Shown here piece by piece: positions 53,693 to 64,000 of a DNA stretch of 64,000 nt; position 1 is the first letter of the stretch, and each line of letters opens with the position of its first letter. The position numbers were made by a program, and so were the translations under genes. Source of the DNA: Candidatus Omnitrophota bacterium (GTDB lineage: Bacteria > Omnitrophota > Gorgyraeia > Zapsychrales > Fredricksoniimonadaceae); NCBI GenBank assembly GCA_044225175.1, contig JBGAJA010000005.1, forward strand, positions 17,869 to 81,868, given 5' to 3'. The notes beneath the pieces are model-generated. The model made no database searches and had not been told where the DNA came from. It saw only the letters and a list, made by a program, of their open reading frames with translations.

Positions 53693-55044
53693 TGTCAGAC
53701 GAAATTGTTGATTTCAAAATAGCCAAGAAGATTATGGCTCAGAAGATCCAAGATGGGGTTGCCAACAAAGGTGCCTTCGATGTTTTTCGTGTTGAGATTA
53801 AGATTCACCCTATCGATGAAATCGCATGGATATCCAGTCAGAACTTTTCAGTCAAGATTTTTGGAGCTAACCAAGATAATTCGGCCTGTATTGCAGGTGT
53901 TGGTGAGGCCCACTCCATTACAGGTAAAAACATTAATTCTTTTAAAAAGGTCTTTTCAAGCTTAAGGCAATATCTGAAGAAGGAATATCCTTACCTGCAA
54001 TGGTATGGGGGTATGTGCTTTGACCCTAAACGTTCTTCTGGTCCTTGGAAGGAATTTGGAGCTTATCGTTTTGTGATCCCTAGATTTGAATTAGCTTCTG
54101 ATTCAAGTTCTATGATTTTTTGCTGTAATATCGTGGGAAAGCTTACCCCTAAAATCCAAGATCAAATTTTAAAACAATTGGATGCTTTAGAAATACCTTC
54201 AAATGTAGGGGAGGATGTTGCTTTAAAGGCAAAACAACGAAAAGATTTTCCGTCCCAAGTTCAGTGGGATAAAAATGTCAAAGCAGTATTACAATCTATT
54301 GCAAAGGCAAAGGTACAAAAGGTGGTTTTAGCCCGTCAAACGTCGCTTAGTTTTGCCAAGAAGGTCGATCCATGGAATATTTTACGTCGTCTCTTTGAGG
54401 TAACTCCTAACAGTTATCATTTTTGTTTTGAATTTAATGGCACAGCATTCTTGGGAGCATCCCCTGAGCGGCTGTATCGTAAATTTGGCCATACGATTAT
54501 TAGTGAGGCTATTGCAGGAACTTCTCCTCGGGCTAGAGGTATTTCTCAAGACAATGCATTTAAGGAACAGCTGTTAGGCTCTTTAAAGAATAATCGTGAA
54601 CATGATTTTGTAGTCCAAGCTATTCAAGAAGGATTAAAGAAGGTTTGCCAGGATCAGGAACACAGTCTCAAGCCTCAAATCCTAACTCTTGGCAATGGGC
54701 ATCATCTGCTGACTTCATTTCAGGGTAAGCTTAAAGATGGGATGAAAGACGAAGATATTATTAGTGCCCTGCATCCAACGCCTGCAGTTGGAGGATCTCC
54801 ATCAAAACAGGCTTTAGACATGCTTTCTAAGCTTGAGGGATTTCAAAGAGGTTGGTATACAGGCTTAATTGGATATGTTGGGCTTGATTGGAGTGAATTT
54901 GTTGTTGGAATACGTTCCGCTTTAGTTAAGAATAAAGAGATGACAGTGTATGCGGGGGCTGGAATTGTAGAAGGCTCTCAATCTCATGAAGAATGGCAGG
55001 AAATTGAAAACAAAATCAGTAATTTTATTAAGCTTATCCAATGA
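53692..55044 (+). CDS. menF: Isochorismate synthase
   Basis: KVVLAR, GASPERL, AIAGT, REHDFV, LHPTPAVGG, RGWYTG and AGAGIV motifs. Confidence 0.92.
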   Translation: MSDEIVDFKIAKKIMAQKIQDGVANKGAFDVFRVEIKIHPIDEIAWISSQNFSVKIFGANQDNSACIAGVGEAHSITGKNINSFKKVFSSLRQYLKKEYPYLQWYGGMCFDPKRSSGPWKEFGAYRFVIPRFELASDSSSMIFCCNIVGKLTPKIQDQILKQLDALEIPSNVGEDVALKAKQRKDFPSQVQWDKNVKAVLQSIAKAKVQKVVLARQTSLSFAKKVDPWNILRRLFEVTPNSYHFCFEFNGTAFLGASPERLYRKFGHTIISEAIAGTSPRARGISQDNAFKEQLLGSLKNNREHDFVVQAIQEGLKKVCQDQEHSLKPQILTLGNGHHLLTSFQGKLKDGMKDEDIISALHPTPAVGGSPSKQALDMLSKLEGFQRGWYTGLIGYVGLDWSEFVVGIRSALVKNKEMTVYAGAGIVEGSQSHEEWQEIENKISNFIKLIQ

Positions 55045-56768
55045 AAAACTCTAATATCAATTATTGCTGGGGAAGTTTGATTGTTGAAGAATTGGTTCGT
55101 CTGGGTGTTGAGTATTTCTGTATTGCTCCTGGATCGCGTTCTTCGCCTTTAAGTGTTTGTGCTGGGCAAAATAAGAAGGCCAAAGCTATTGTTCATTTTG
55201 ATGAAAGAGGTTTAGGATTTTATGCTCTTGGAATTGCCAGTGCAACTCACAAGCCGGTTGTTCTGATTTGTACTTCTGGAACTGCAGCTGCCAATTTTTA
55301 CCCAGCTATCATTGAAGCTTCTAAGAAGAAAGTTCCTTTGATTGTTTTGACAGCAGATCGCCCTCCAGAACTTCGCCAAACAGGCGCTGTACAGACTATT
55401 GATCAGGTAGGTATTTTTGGCAGATATGTAAAACATTTTACGGATCTTCCTTGTCCAGATTTAAATATTAAACCGGAGTTTGTTTTAACGACCATAGATC
55501 AGGCTTGGTATCAAGCTTATCGAAATTCTAGTGGCGTTGCTCACATCAATTGTATGTTTCGTGATCCTCTAACACCGATCAAGACTAAGGATGATCTTGT
55601 TGCGTATACAAAGGGTCTTTCATCATGGTTAAAATCCCAGAAATCTTACACTCAGTATGTGCATGCTAAAGCAGAAGGATATAAAAATCCTGAAATCATT
55701 GCTGAGCGTATCAATAAGATTAAAAACGGTGTGATTGTAGTTGGTAAGATTGCTAAAAGGCATGAGAGTCAAGTGGTAGAGTTGGCACAAATGCTTGGCT
55801 GGCCAATTTTTGCTGATTTAACTTCTGGAATTAGACTTGGGAATCAAAGCAAGAATATCATTCATTATTTTGATCAACTTTTATTGTCTGAATCTCCCAA
55901 ATTTGATGGGGTGCTTCATTTAGGTGGAAGGCTTACATCTAAACGTTACTATGAATTTATTGAGAGAACGAAACCCCAGGAGTATATCATTGTTCTTGAT
56001 CATCCTTTGCGTAATGACCCGACCCATCAGGTGACTTTTCGGGTAGATTCTTGCGTCGGTAATTTTTGTCGCAACATCAAGCCATTGATGAAGAAGCGTG
56101 GAGAATCAGCATCCTTAAAGAAGCTCGCAGCTCTTAATCTTAAAGTTCATAAAGCTATTGAGAGCTTTCTTAAAAATGATGGGAGGTTATCTGAAATAGC
56201 AACCGCTAGGCTTGTCTCACAGCTGATCCCTAAAGACACGGGCTTATTTGTGTCTAATAGCATGCCTATCAGAGACATGGACTTCTATGGGGATTATACC
56301 TATTGTTCCGTCGCTGTTGGAGGTAATCGGGGGGCAAGTGGTATTGATGGAATTATCGCTTCAGCAGCTGGTTTTGCCCAAGGTTTAGGCAAACCCGTGA
56401 CCCTTATGATTGGTGATTTGGCAGCTTTACATGACGTAAACTCATTAGCACTCCTTAAAGATCTCTCTGTACCTTTAGTGATCGTTGTTCTTAATAATGG
56501 CGGAGGAGGTATATTTTCGTTCTTGCCGATAGCTCAAGATGCACCTCAAACATTTGAAAAGCTTTTTGGTACGCCACACAGCCAAACATTTGCTAATGCT
56601 GCAGCTATGTTTGAACTCAACTATGCTCAACCCATGGATACTGAGCAATTCAAGAATGTATACAGTCAGGCCTTAAAGTCACAAACAACAACGATCATTG
56701 AAGTAATTACTAGTCGTGATGAAAATTTAAAAATTCATAAGAATTTGCAACAACAGCTAACTTTTTAA
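55041..56768 (+). CDS. menD: SEPHCHC synthase
   Basis: PGSRSSPL, DERG, CTSGTA, TADRPPEL, NSMPIRD, NRGASGIDG and NNGGGGIF motifs. Confidence 0.96.
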   Translation: MKNSNINYCWGSLIVEELVRLGVEYFCIAPGSRSSPLSVCAGQNKKAKAIVHFDERGLGFYALGIASATHKPVVLICTSGTAAANFYPAIIEASKKKVPLIVLTADRPPELRQTGAVQTIDQVGIFGRYVKHFTDLPCPDLNIKPEFVLTTIDQAWYQAYRNSSGVAHINCMFRDPLTPIKTKDDLVAYTKGLSSWLKSQKSYTQYVHAKAEGYKNPEIIAERINKIKNGVIVVGKIAKRHESQVVELAQMLGWPIFADLTSGIRLGNQSKNIIHYFDQLLLSESPKFDGVLHLGGRLTSKRYYEFIERTKPQEYIIVLDHPLRNDPTHQVTFRVDSCVGNFCRNIKPLMKKRGESASLKKLAALNLKVHKAIESFLKNDGRLSEIATARLVSQLIPKDTGLFVSNSMPIRDMDFYGDYTYCSVAVGGNRGASGIDGIIASAAGFAQGLGKPVTLMIGDLAALHDVNSLALLKDLSVPLVIVVLNNGGGGIFSFLPIAQDAPQTFEKLFGTPHSQTFANAAAMFELNYAQPMDTEQFKNVYSQALKSQTTTIIEVITSRDENLKIHKNLQQQLTF

Positions 56769-56777
56769 AAGGATCTC

Positions 56778-57305
56778 ATGAAAAATTTATTTGTTATTAT
56801 AGTCGTTCTTTTTTGTTCTATTTCGGTTTCAAGAGCGCAGGAGGCTAAGTTTGTTCCATTTACCTCTGAGATTGCATCAGCTGAGTTTATTGGGATGTGG
56901 TATGTGACTCAGGATAAGAGGCGCTACGATGGGACTGATCGTACAGGAAGGATTAACCCTCCGACTCAGAATTGGATTATCCGCTATGATTTGGGTAAGG
57001 TCTGGGTTCTATATCCAGAGACCAAAACATATAAAGAAATGAACATGACAGAAGAACAAAAAAGGGAAGATAAAACAGCTCCTTATGGAAAATTATACAA
57101 GACCATAGATTACAAAGGGCAAAGTGTCGACCAATATGTTCCGAATGCAAAAACAACTTTATATTATATTCATGGCACTAAAGTCCCTTTAAGAGTCGAA
57201 CGCATCGTTGGAAATGAAACGCATATTACAGAATTTACAAATATTCAAATGCAAGAACCATCATCAGATGTTTTTGAAATACCTTTAGATTACGTAAAAA
57301 AATAG
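56778..57305 (+). CDS. Secreted hypothetical protein (DUF4412/LolA-like beta fold, possible)
   Basis: Signal peptide (SRA-Q); WVLYPETKTY and C-terminal FEIPLDY pattern. Confidence 0.6.
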   Translation: MKNLFVIIVVLFCSISVSRAQEAKFVPFTSEIASAEFIGMWYVTQDKRRYDGTDRTGRINPPTQNWIIRYDLGKVWVLYPETKTYKEMNMTEEQKREDKTAPYGKLYKTIDYKGQSVDQYVPNAKTTLYYIHGTKVPLRVERIVGNETHITEFTNIQMQEPSSDVFEIPLDYVKK

Positions 57306-57310
57306 AATAG

Positions 57311-57380
57311 TGTCATTGCGAGCGAAAGCGAAGCAATCTTATTAAGATTGCCACGTCGCCTATGGCTCCTCGCAATGACA
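57311..57380. repeat. 70-bp palindromic element of GTCATTGCGAG type (RPE-like)
   Basis: TGTCATTGCGAG...GCAATCTT-att-AAGATTGC...CTCGCAATGACA nested inverted repeats. Confidence 0.8.
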
Positions 57381-57392
57381 TAAGATAGGCTT

Positions 57393-58721
57393 ATGGCATC
57401 CAATCCGATCAAATTCTCAGAGCTTGATTTTAATGATGAATTTGTGGCTTCTTTTGAAGCGCTTGAGAATACTCGTGATAATATTTTTTTGACCGGCAAG
57501 GCAGGAACGGGTAAGTCAACGCTTCTTCAATATTTTCGTCTGAAAACTTCCAAGAACATTGCTGTTTTAGCGCCTACTGGTGTGGCTGCGGTCAACATCA
57601 AAGGTCAGACTATTCATTCCTTCTTTCAATTTAAACCTGACATTACACCAGATAGTGTGAACGACATCATCATGCGCAAAACCAAACGCAAGATGTTTCA
57701 GGCATTAGAGGCTATTGTTATTGATGAGGTTTCTATGGTGCGTGCGGATTTGTTTGATTGTATTGATGCTTTTTTAAGGTTATTTGGTCCGCATTACGAT
57801 CGTCCATTTGGAGGAGTTCAAATAATTTTATTTGGTGATTTGTTTCAATTGCCGCCAGTTGTATCAAGAATGGAACAGGAGCTCTTTAGGGGAATCTATC
57901 CGAGTCCTTACTTTTTTTCAGCTAAAGTATTCAGTCAGATTAATCTAAAGATATTGGAACTTAAGAAAATTTATCGTCAAAAGGACGAGAATTTTATCCA
58001 TTTGCTTAATGCTATTCGTCACAATGAATTAAAAGAACATCATCTGCATGCATTTAATAGTCGCCATCATGAGAAGGCGAGTTTCAACAAAGAAGACTTT
58101 TATATAACGCTAACGACCACAAATGCGTTGGCGGAAGATGTGAATAATAGATGTTTGAATGCAATTGTGGGACAGGGGCATTCTTATCATGGTGAGATTT
58201 CAGGAGAGTTTGAGAAGAAGAGTTTGCCTGGGCAGGAAATTCTCCATTTGAAAAAAGGCGCCCAAGTTATGATGCTTAATAATGACGCAGATAAGCGCTG
58301 GGTCAATGGTTCATTAGGTGTGATTGAAGAAATCAAATCGTATTCCGGCGAAGATATTATTCTAGTTAAACTTGAGAATGGCCAAACAGTAGATGTCAAA
58401 AGGCATACTTGGGAGATTTATCAATACTATTTTGATGATGTGGTTAATAATCTTGCTTCTAAAGTCATCGGTTATTTTACACAATATCCTTTAAAACCAG
58501 CCTGGGCAGTCACAATTCATAAGTCACAAGGGCAAACATTTGAACGTATCGTCATTGATATTGGAGATGGGACATTTGCCCACGGACAGATGTATGTGGC
58601 CCTTAGTCGCTGTACTTCTTTAGAGGGGATTATTCTTAAAAAACTTCTTCGTCAAAGTCATGTCCTTATGGATAATCGTATACATGATTTTATGACTAAG
58701 AGTCTTGGAGAATTAGTATGA
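57393..58721 (+). CDS. PIF1/RecD-like superfamily 1B DNA helicase
   Basis: TGKAGTGKS, APTGVAA, TIHSFF, IDEVSM, GDLFQLPPV, TIHKSQGQT and YVALSR motifs. Confidence 0.92.
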   Translation: MASNPIKFSELDFNDEFVASFEALENTRDNIFLTGKAGTGKSTLLQYFRLKTSKNIAVLAPTGVAAVNIKGQTIHSFFQFKPDITPDSVNDIIMRKTKRKMFQALEAIVIDEVSMVRADLFDCIDAFLRLFGPHYDRPFGGVQIILFGDLFQLPPVVSRMEQELFRGIYPSPYFFSAKVFSQINLKILELKKIYRQKDENFIHLLNAIRHNELKEHHLHAFNSRHHEKASFNKEDFYITLTTTNALAEDVNNRCLNAIVGQGHSYHGEISGEFEKKSLPGQEILHLKKGAQVMMLNNDADKRWVNGSLGVIEEIKSYSGEDIILVKLENGQTVDVKRHTWEIYQYYFDDVVNNLASKVIGYFTQYPLKPAWAVTIHKSQGQTFERIVIDIGDGTFAHGQMYVALSRCTSLEGIILKKLLRQSHVLMDNRIHDFMTKSLGELV

Positions 58722-60640
58722 AAAAATTTTTATTTTTCACATTCTTTTTGATGTTTTCATTTTTAGCCTTTGCTCAAGAAATAAAAGAAGAGGCCTGGCT
58801 TTCTAAGAATGCTGACCAACCTTATATTGCTCTTGCAAATGAGTATCAAGTGACTTTAAAACCAGATTGGTCATATGAAGAAACATATCATTCTCGTATA
58901 AAGATACAAAAAGATACTGGAAAAGAATTGCAACAATGGCCTATTTATTACAATAAATCTAGAGATGCAATTTCGGACATTGTTGCTCGTGTGGAGAATC
59001 CGGATGGTCATCAAGTAACAGCAACTGATATCCAGGATTTGCCAGTTTACAAAGATTTAGATGCTTATTCGGATATGCACATGAAGTTAGTTAGTCTTCC
59101 TGAGGTTAGCGTTGGTTCCATTATTGATGTGACAGTTAGAAGTTCAACCACTCGAAAAGAAATTCCAAATCACTATTGGGCTGAAGTTCTTTATCCAGCT
59201 ATTCCAACACAGCATGCTAAACATGTTTTTATTATCCCAGATGACAAGCCTGTTCGTTTTAAATCCTATAAGATGGCTTATCAACCAACGATCGAGAAGT
59301 CCAATGGTCGAACGATATATACCATGGTTTTTGATGAGACAAATCCTATTCCGGATCAAGAAACATTAATGCCACCTATGCAGGAGGTGTTAGGAGCAAT
59401 GTACTTATCTTCAATGGATGATTGGAAGATCGTAGCGGATTGGTATCGTGACTTAGTTAATAAAAAAACTATTGATGATTCACAAATTACACTTAAAGCT
59501 TTAGAAGTTGTTAAGGGAAAGACCCTTCAGAAAGATAAGGCCCGGGCAATCTTGGAATACATTCAAGACAACTATCAATATGTTCCTCTTAATTTCGGTG
59601 ACAATACCGTCGATCCTAATTCCACAACGACAGTTTTTAAGAATCAATATGGGGATTCTAAAGACATTGCTCTTTTAACCAGACAATTATTTCAAATTGT
59701 AGGGATTGAGATTAATATTTGTCTTTTGAGTGAAGAGTTTTCGGGTAATCCTCAGTCAGGGCTTCCTAATCCAAATGTATTTAGCCATGTGATTCTTCAG
59801 GCAAAACTAGATGGAAAAGATTATTTTATTGATCCTCTTTTAAGAGGTTTTGATATCGGAGAATATCCAGCTAATTATGAGAACGGTTATGTATTAATCA
59901 TTGATTCTGAAAGTTATAGATTTGATAATCTTCCGAACACACCTGAAGATCGCCGGACTCTTTTAAGTGAAGCAGACGTAAATATATTTAATAGTGGAGC
60001 TGCAGACTATCGAGTTCATGTGAAGCTTCCCATTGAAGCGAGTCAGAGTTTTAGGCAAACGTGGCTTTCCTCAAGCAATGAAGACAAAGATAAGTTTTTT
60101 AAAAACCTTCAAGGAAACTTCGCTAAAAGTGGGCAAATGATTGATCATAAGGTCAGTGGGGTGGAGAACAGGTATGGACCCGTCGAATTTAATTTACGAT
60201 ATCACTCCGATGATGCTTATCCTATTGTTAATGATATGATTCTCATAAAAGAGGAAACCCAATCAGATCTTCCTGACTTTTCTGCTGAAAAGCGTGACCA
60301 TCCAATCTTTGTCTCAATAAATTCACTTATAAAAAATGTGAATACATATCATATTCCCGACCAATTCAAGGTTAATTTTCTGCCTCAAAGTTATACTATG
60401 TCCATTGATTTTATGGATGTTGAAGTGGATTATCAAAACAAAGAAAATTTTATTGAGATCACTAGCAATTATCACACAAAAAGGTGTACTATACCTGCTG
60501 AACGCTACGGACAATTGAAGAATTTTGCTAAGGATCTGTTCAAAAAGAACGATCAGTATATTGTTTTAAAGAAGTCTTCTGAGCCTGAACCAACGGGGGA
60601 GGCTAAAGAAGCTGTTAAAAAACCAATTGAAGGGAAATAA
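58718..60640 (+). CDS. Secreted DUF3857 + transglutaminase-like domain protein
   Basis: Signal peptide; VSVGSIID; YGDSKD; FSHVI; YFIDP. Confidence 0.8.
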   Translation: MKKFLFFTFFLMFSFLAFAQEIKEEAWLSKNADQPYIALANEYQVTLKPDWSYEETYHSRIKIQKDTGKELQQWPIYYNKSRDAISDIVARVENPDGHQVTATDIQDLPVYKDLDAYSDMHMKLVSLPEVSVGSIIDVTVRSSTTRKEIPNHYWAEVLYPAIPTQHAKHVFIIPDDKPVRFKSYKMAYQPTIEKSNGRTIYTMVFDETNPIPDQETLMPPMQEVLGAMYLSSMDDWKIVADWYRDLVNKKTIDDSQITLKALEVVKGKTLQKDKARAILEYIQDNYQYVPLNFGDNTVDPNSTTTVFKNQYGDSKDIALLTRQLFQIVGIEINICLLSEEFSGNPQSGLPNPNVFSHVILQAKLDGKDYFIDPLLRGFDIGEYPANYENGYVLIIDSESYRFDNLPNTPEDRRTLLSEADVNIFNSGAADYRVHVKLPIEASQSFRQTWLSSSNEDKDKFFKNLQGNFAKSGQMIDHKVSGVENRYGPVEFNLRYHSDDAYPIVNDMILIKEETQSDLPDFSAEKRDHPIFVSINSLIKNVNTYHIPDQFKVNFLPQSYTMSIDFMDVEVDYQNKENFIEITSNYHTKRCTIPAERYGQLKNFAKDLFKKNDQYIVLKKSSEPEPTGEAKEAVKKPIEGK

Positions 60641-60641
60641 T

Positions 60642-63350
60642 ATGTCATCATTTAATCAAAAAAGCATAGCCCAAGTCTTAAAAGTAGGTTCCAGCAAATA
60701 CAAAATTTATTCTCTTCCTAAATATGCAAAATCTGTAGGTTTAAAATTATCTGCCTTGCCGTTTTCCATACGAATCCTTCTCGAAAGTGCTTTACGTAAT
60801 TACGATGATTATCAAGTCACATTAAAAGATATTGAAACAATTGCTGCATGGAAACCCAATGATACCAAGCAAGAAATTGCTTTTAAACCTGGTCGCGTTA
60901 TTCTCCAGGATTTCACAGGGGTTCCCTGTGTTGTTGATTTAGCTGCTATGCGAGATGCTATGAAAGCTTTGGGTGGAAATATCAAGAAAATCAATCCCCA
61001 GGTTCAATGCGATTTGGTCATTGACCATTCTGTGCAAGTCGATGCTTTTGGTAATGCAAAAGCTTTAGGGACCAACGTCAAATTAGAATTTGATCGTAAC
61101 CGTGAACGTTATGAATTTCTTAAGTGGGGACAAAGTGCTTTTGAGAATTTCCGGGTTGTTCCCCCTGCGACAGGAATTGTCCACCAAGTGAATCTTGAAT
61201 ATTTAGCTAAGGGTGTTTTAAAAAAGAAAATAGGAACTGAAACAGTTGCTTATCCTGATAGCTTAGTTGGAACAGATTCCCATACGACCATGATCAATGG
61301 TTTAGGAATTGTGGGCTGGGGGGTTGGAGGAATTGAAGCGGAATCCGTTATGTTAGGGGAACCCATCAATATGCTTCTTCCAGAAGTTGTTGGTATGCGT
61401 TTAACGGGCAATCTTCCTGAAGGAGCAACAGCAACCGACATGGTTTTAACGGTCACCCAAATTCTTCGTAAGAAGGGTGTGGTTGAAAAGTTCGTGGAAT
61501 TCTTTGGGGAAGGTATTAAAAATTTAACACTTCCAGATCGTGCAACAATTGCCAACATGGCACCAGAATATGGGGCCACAATTGGTCTTTTCCCAGTTGA
61601 TGAACAAACATTGAGTTATTTAAAGATTTCAGGACGTACTCCTGATCAAATTGCTTTAGTTGAACAATATTACAAAGAACAGGGCATGTTTTATACCAAT
61701 AGAACGCCAGAATCAGTTTACTCAGATATTGTTGAATTAGATTTATCTACGGTCGTTCCTTCCTTAGCGGGCCCAAAACGTCCTCAAGATCGTGTGGCAT
61801 TAAAAGATCTTAAGACATCCTTCTTGCAAGGATTGACTGAAGACATTAAGTCTCGTGGTTATGGTTTGGCTGAAACAAGTTTAAATCGCACTGTTCTTGT
61901 TGGAGATGGTAAGAAGGAAAGAATCGGTCATGGTGCTGTTATTATTGCGGCCATCACAAGTTGTACTAATACATCCAATCCTTCAGTTCTAATTGGAGCA
62001 GGGCTTTTAGCCAAGAAAGCTGTTGAAAAAGGATTGTCAATGCATGGTTATGTAAAGACATCATTTGCTCCGGGCTCACAGGTTGTTGAAGATTATTTAA
62101 AAAGCGCTGGGCTTTTGAAGTATTTAGAGAAAATTGGTTTTAATATTGTAGGCTACGGTTGCACAACATGTATCGGAAACTCTGGCCCTATTCCTGAGCA
62201 TGTGGCTAATGCTGTAGTCGAAGGAGATTTAGTTGCTGCTGCTGTGCTTTCTGGAAATAGAAACTTTGAAGGGCGTGTTAATCCTCATGCAAGAGCTAAT
62301 TTTTTGGCCTCTCCGCCTTTGGTTGTGGCGTATGCCTTAGCTGGACGTGTGGACATTGATTTAGACAATGATCCAATTGGTTTTGATAAGAAAGATAAAC
62401 CTGTTTTCCTCAAAGATATTTGGCCGACTCAAAAAGAAATTTCAACCATCTTAAAGAAGTCGGTTAAGGCTTCCATTTTTCGTAAGCGTTATAAGAATGT
62501 GGATAAGGGGAATAAAAATTGGAACACTATTAAACAAACCAAATCTGATTTGTTTACATGGAGTGATAAAAGTACATATATCCATCAGCCTCCATATTTT
62601 ATTGGAATGAAAAGTCAGACAACTCCCATTGAAGCTATTAAGGGAGCCAGATGTCTGGTTATGGTTTCTGATTCCATTACAACGGATCACATTTCTCCAG
62701 CAGGTTCAATTGCCAAAGATTCTCCAGCAGGGAAGTTTTTGATGGAGCAAGGCGTGCAATCCGTTGATTTTAATCAGTATGGAGCTCGTCGAGGAAATGA
62801 CCTGGTAATGACGCGTGGAACATTTGCCAATATTCGTTTACGTAATTTGATTGCTCCAGGAACAGAAGGTCCATGGACCACCTATTGGCCAACCAATGAG
62901 AAAATGTTTATTTATGATGCTTCTTTAAAATATAAAGCAGATCGAACGCCTTTAATTGCCATTGCAGGAAAAGAGTATGGTACAGGTTCTTCTCGTGATT
63001 GGGCGGCAAAGGGAACAACATTGCTTGGAATCAAGGCCGTTATTGCAGAAAGTTTTGAGCGCATTCATCGCAGCAATTTAGCTGGTATGGGTGTGTTACC
63101 TTGCCAATTCTTACAAGGGGAGAATGCCGCAAGTCTTGGTTTAAAGGGTGATGAAACATTTTATTTTGAAGATCTGTCAGATAATTTGAAACCAAGACAG
63201 GAATTGACTATTGTTGCCAAGTCTCCGGATGGTGCTCAAAAGAAGTTTAAGGTTTTAGCTCGTGTGGATACACCTGTTGAGGTGGATTATCTTCGTAATG
63301 GAGGAATCCTTCAGACAGTTTTACGAAAATTAGCTTCAGCCAGAGGCTGA
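60642..63350 (+). CDS. acnA: Aconitate hydratase A
   Basis: [49 protein letters not shown] and [10 protein letters not shown] motifs. Confidence 0.98.
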   Translation: MSSFNQKSIAQVLKVGSSKYKIYSLPKYAKSVGLKLSALPFSIRILLESALRNYDDYQVTLKDIETIAAWKPNDTKQEIAFKPGRVILQDFTGVPCVVDLAAMRDAMKALGGNIKKINPQVQCDLVIDHSVQVDAFGNAKALGTNVKLEFDRNRERYEFLKWGQSAFENFRVVPPATGIVHQVNLEYLAKGVLKKKIGTETVAYPDSLVGTDSHTTMINGLGIVGWGVGGIEAESVMLGEPINMLLPEVVGMRLTGNLPEGATATDMVLTVTQILRKKGVVEKFVEFFGEGIKNLTLPDRATIANMAPEYGATIGLFPVDEQTLSYLKISGRTPDQIALVEQYYKEQGMFYTNRTPESVYSDIVELDLSTVVPSLAGPKRPQDRVALKDLKTSFLQGLTEDIKSRGYGLAETSLNRTVLVGDGKKERIGHGAVIIAAITSCTNTSNPSVLIGAGLLAKKAVEKGLSMHGYVKTSFAPGSQVVEDYLKSAGLLKYLEKIGFNIVGYGCTTCIGNSGPIPEHVANAVVEGDLVAAAVLSGNRNFEGRVNPHARANFLASPPLVVAYALAGRVDIDLDNDPIGFDKKDKPVFLKDIWPTQKEISTILKKSVKASIFRKRYKNVDKGNKNWNTIKQTKSDLFTWSDKSTYIHQPPYFIGMKSQTTPIEAIKGARCLVMVSDSITTDHISPAGSIAKDSPAGKFLMEQGVQSVDFNQYGARRGNDLVMTRGTFANIRLRNLIAPGTEGPWTTYWPTNEKMFIYDASLKYKADRTPLIAIAGKEYGTGSSRDWAAKGTTLLGIKAVIAESFERIHRSNLAGMGVLPCQFLQGENAASLGLKGDETFYFEDLSDNLKPRQELTIVAKSPDGAQKKFKVLARVDTPVEVDYLRNGGILQTVLRKLASARG

Positions 63351-63365
63351 TCCGCTTTCGGCGGA
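63336..63365. repeat. 30-bp double-hairpin repeat, copy 3 (contains the acnA stop)
   Basis: TCAGCCagaGGCTGA TCCGCTttcGGCGGA. Confidence 0.8.
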
Positions 63366-63381
63366 AAATTAAGGATATCAC

Positions 63382-63966
63382 ATGAAATTGCTTTATACCA
63401 AACGTTCGCCATATGCCCGTAAGGTCAGGGTTGTTGCTTTAGAAAAAGGGATTAACCTGGAATTGCTCGATGAGGATTTACAAAATAAGTCTACTCGTCT
63501 TTTAGATGCAAACCCTCTAGGAAAAGTGCCTACACTGGTTTTAGATAATAATGAAACCGTCTATGACAGCTCGGTCATTTGTCAGTATTTGGATGGTTTA
63601 AATGAGACAAACCCTATGATTCCAAAAGACCCCAAAAAGAGAATTGACGTTCTCAAATGGGAGGCTTTCTCTAATGATTTAATGACTGTTGCAATTAATG
63701 CTTACATGGAAAAGATTCGTCATCCAGTTGATTTTAAAAAAGATTTTGTAACGACCCAGGAAAACAACATTCAAAAGGCCTATCAGTTTATTGAAAGTCA
63801 TTTGAATCAGCTTAAAGAATTTAATTTGGCCTCCATTGCTGTTGTGAGTGCCATTGGCTATGTCCATTTTCGTTTGCCTCATTTAAAGGTGCAGGGAAAG
63901 TTAGATGCGTGGTTTCAAGAAATGAATAAGCGTCCTTCCATGCAAAATACAATACCAATAGCTTAA
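63382..63966 (+). CDS. Glutathione S-transferase family protein
   Basis: SPYARKVR, NPLGKVPTL, YDSSVICQYL and RPS motifs. Confidence 0.92.
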   Translation: MKLLYTKRSPYARKVRVVALEKGINLELLDEDLQNKSTRLLDANPLGKVPTLVLDNNETVYDSSVICQYLDGLNETNPMIPKDPKKRIDVLKWEAFSNDLMTVAINAYMEKIRHPVDFKKDFVTTQENNIQKAYQFIESHLNQLKEFNLASIAVVSAIGYVHFRLPHLKVQGKLDAWFQEMNKRPSMQNTIPIA

Positions 63967-64000
63967 TACTATTATGCGAAGAAAATTAGATTTTAGGTCA

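Noticed and set aside
48844-56768. Missing trpE/trpAB and remaining men genes as pathway loss
   Set aside because: Split operons are common and the genes may lie outside this window.
1009-62690. Many 60-125 aa ORFs antisense to or overlapping long genes
   Set aside because: They are shadow ORFs of well-supported genes, with no recognisable motifs.

Overview
An AT-rich bacterial chromosomal window, almost all on the + strand. The gene content and giant secreted ORFs suggest a PVC-group organism such as Omnitrophota; this is an inference, not proven. The housekeeping backbone is nadC, a three-subunit xanthine-dehydrogenase-family molybdoenzyme with MocA/XdhC-type maturation genes, pntAB, bioB, korAB, trxB, fchA-folD, polA-glgA-coaE-rho-rpmE-prfA, prmC-murA-trpGDCF, menG-menF-menD, a PIF1-like helicase, acnA and a GST. 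The main discovery is three dispersed paralogous giant secreted proteins of about 2816, 2070 and 1267 aa (12650-21100, 26159-32371, 42992-46795). They share a signal peptide, a conserved ~330-aa N-terminal domain ending IPRKYFSGG, and a conserved ~65-aa C-terminal domain starting GG(I/V)D(F/L). Between these ends each carries a different string of cargo modules: histidine phosphatase, 72-aa repeats, duplicated wHTH, CheR-like, kinase-like, SAM methyltransferases, ATP-grasp, beta-rich repeats and an ACP-like domain. The modules are separated by a recurring [D/N/S]-x-A-[M/Q] motif. This suggests a modular polyprotein or effector-cassette system. Several families of short palindromic (REP/RPE-like) elements occur both between genes and in-frame within genes, including two giant genes. 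No rRNA, tRNA, CRISPR array or transposase was recognised.
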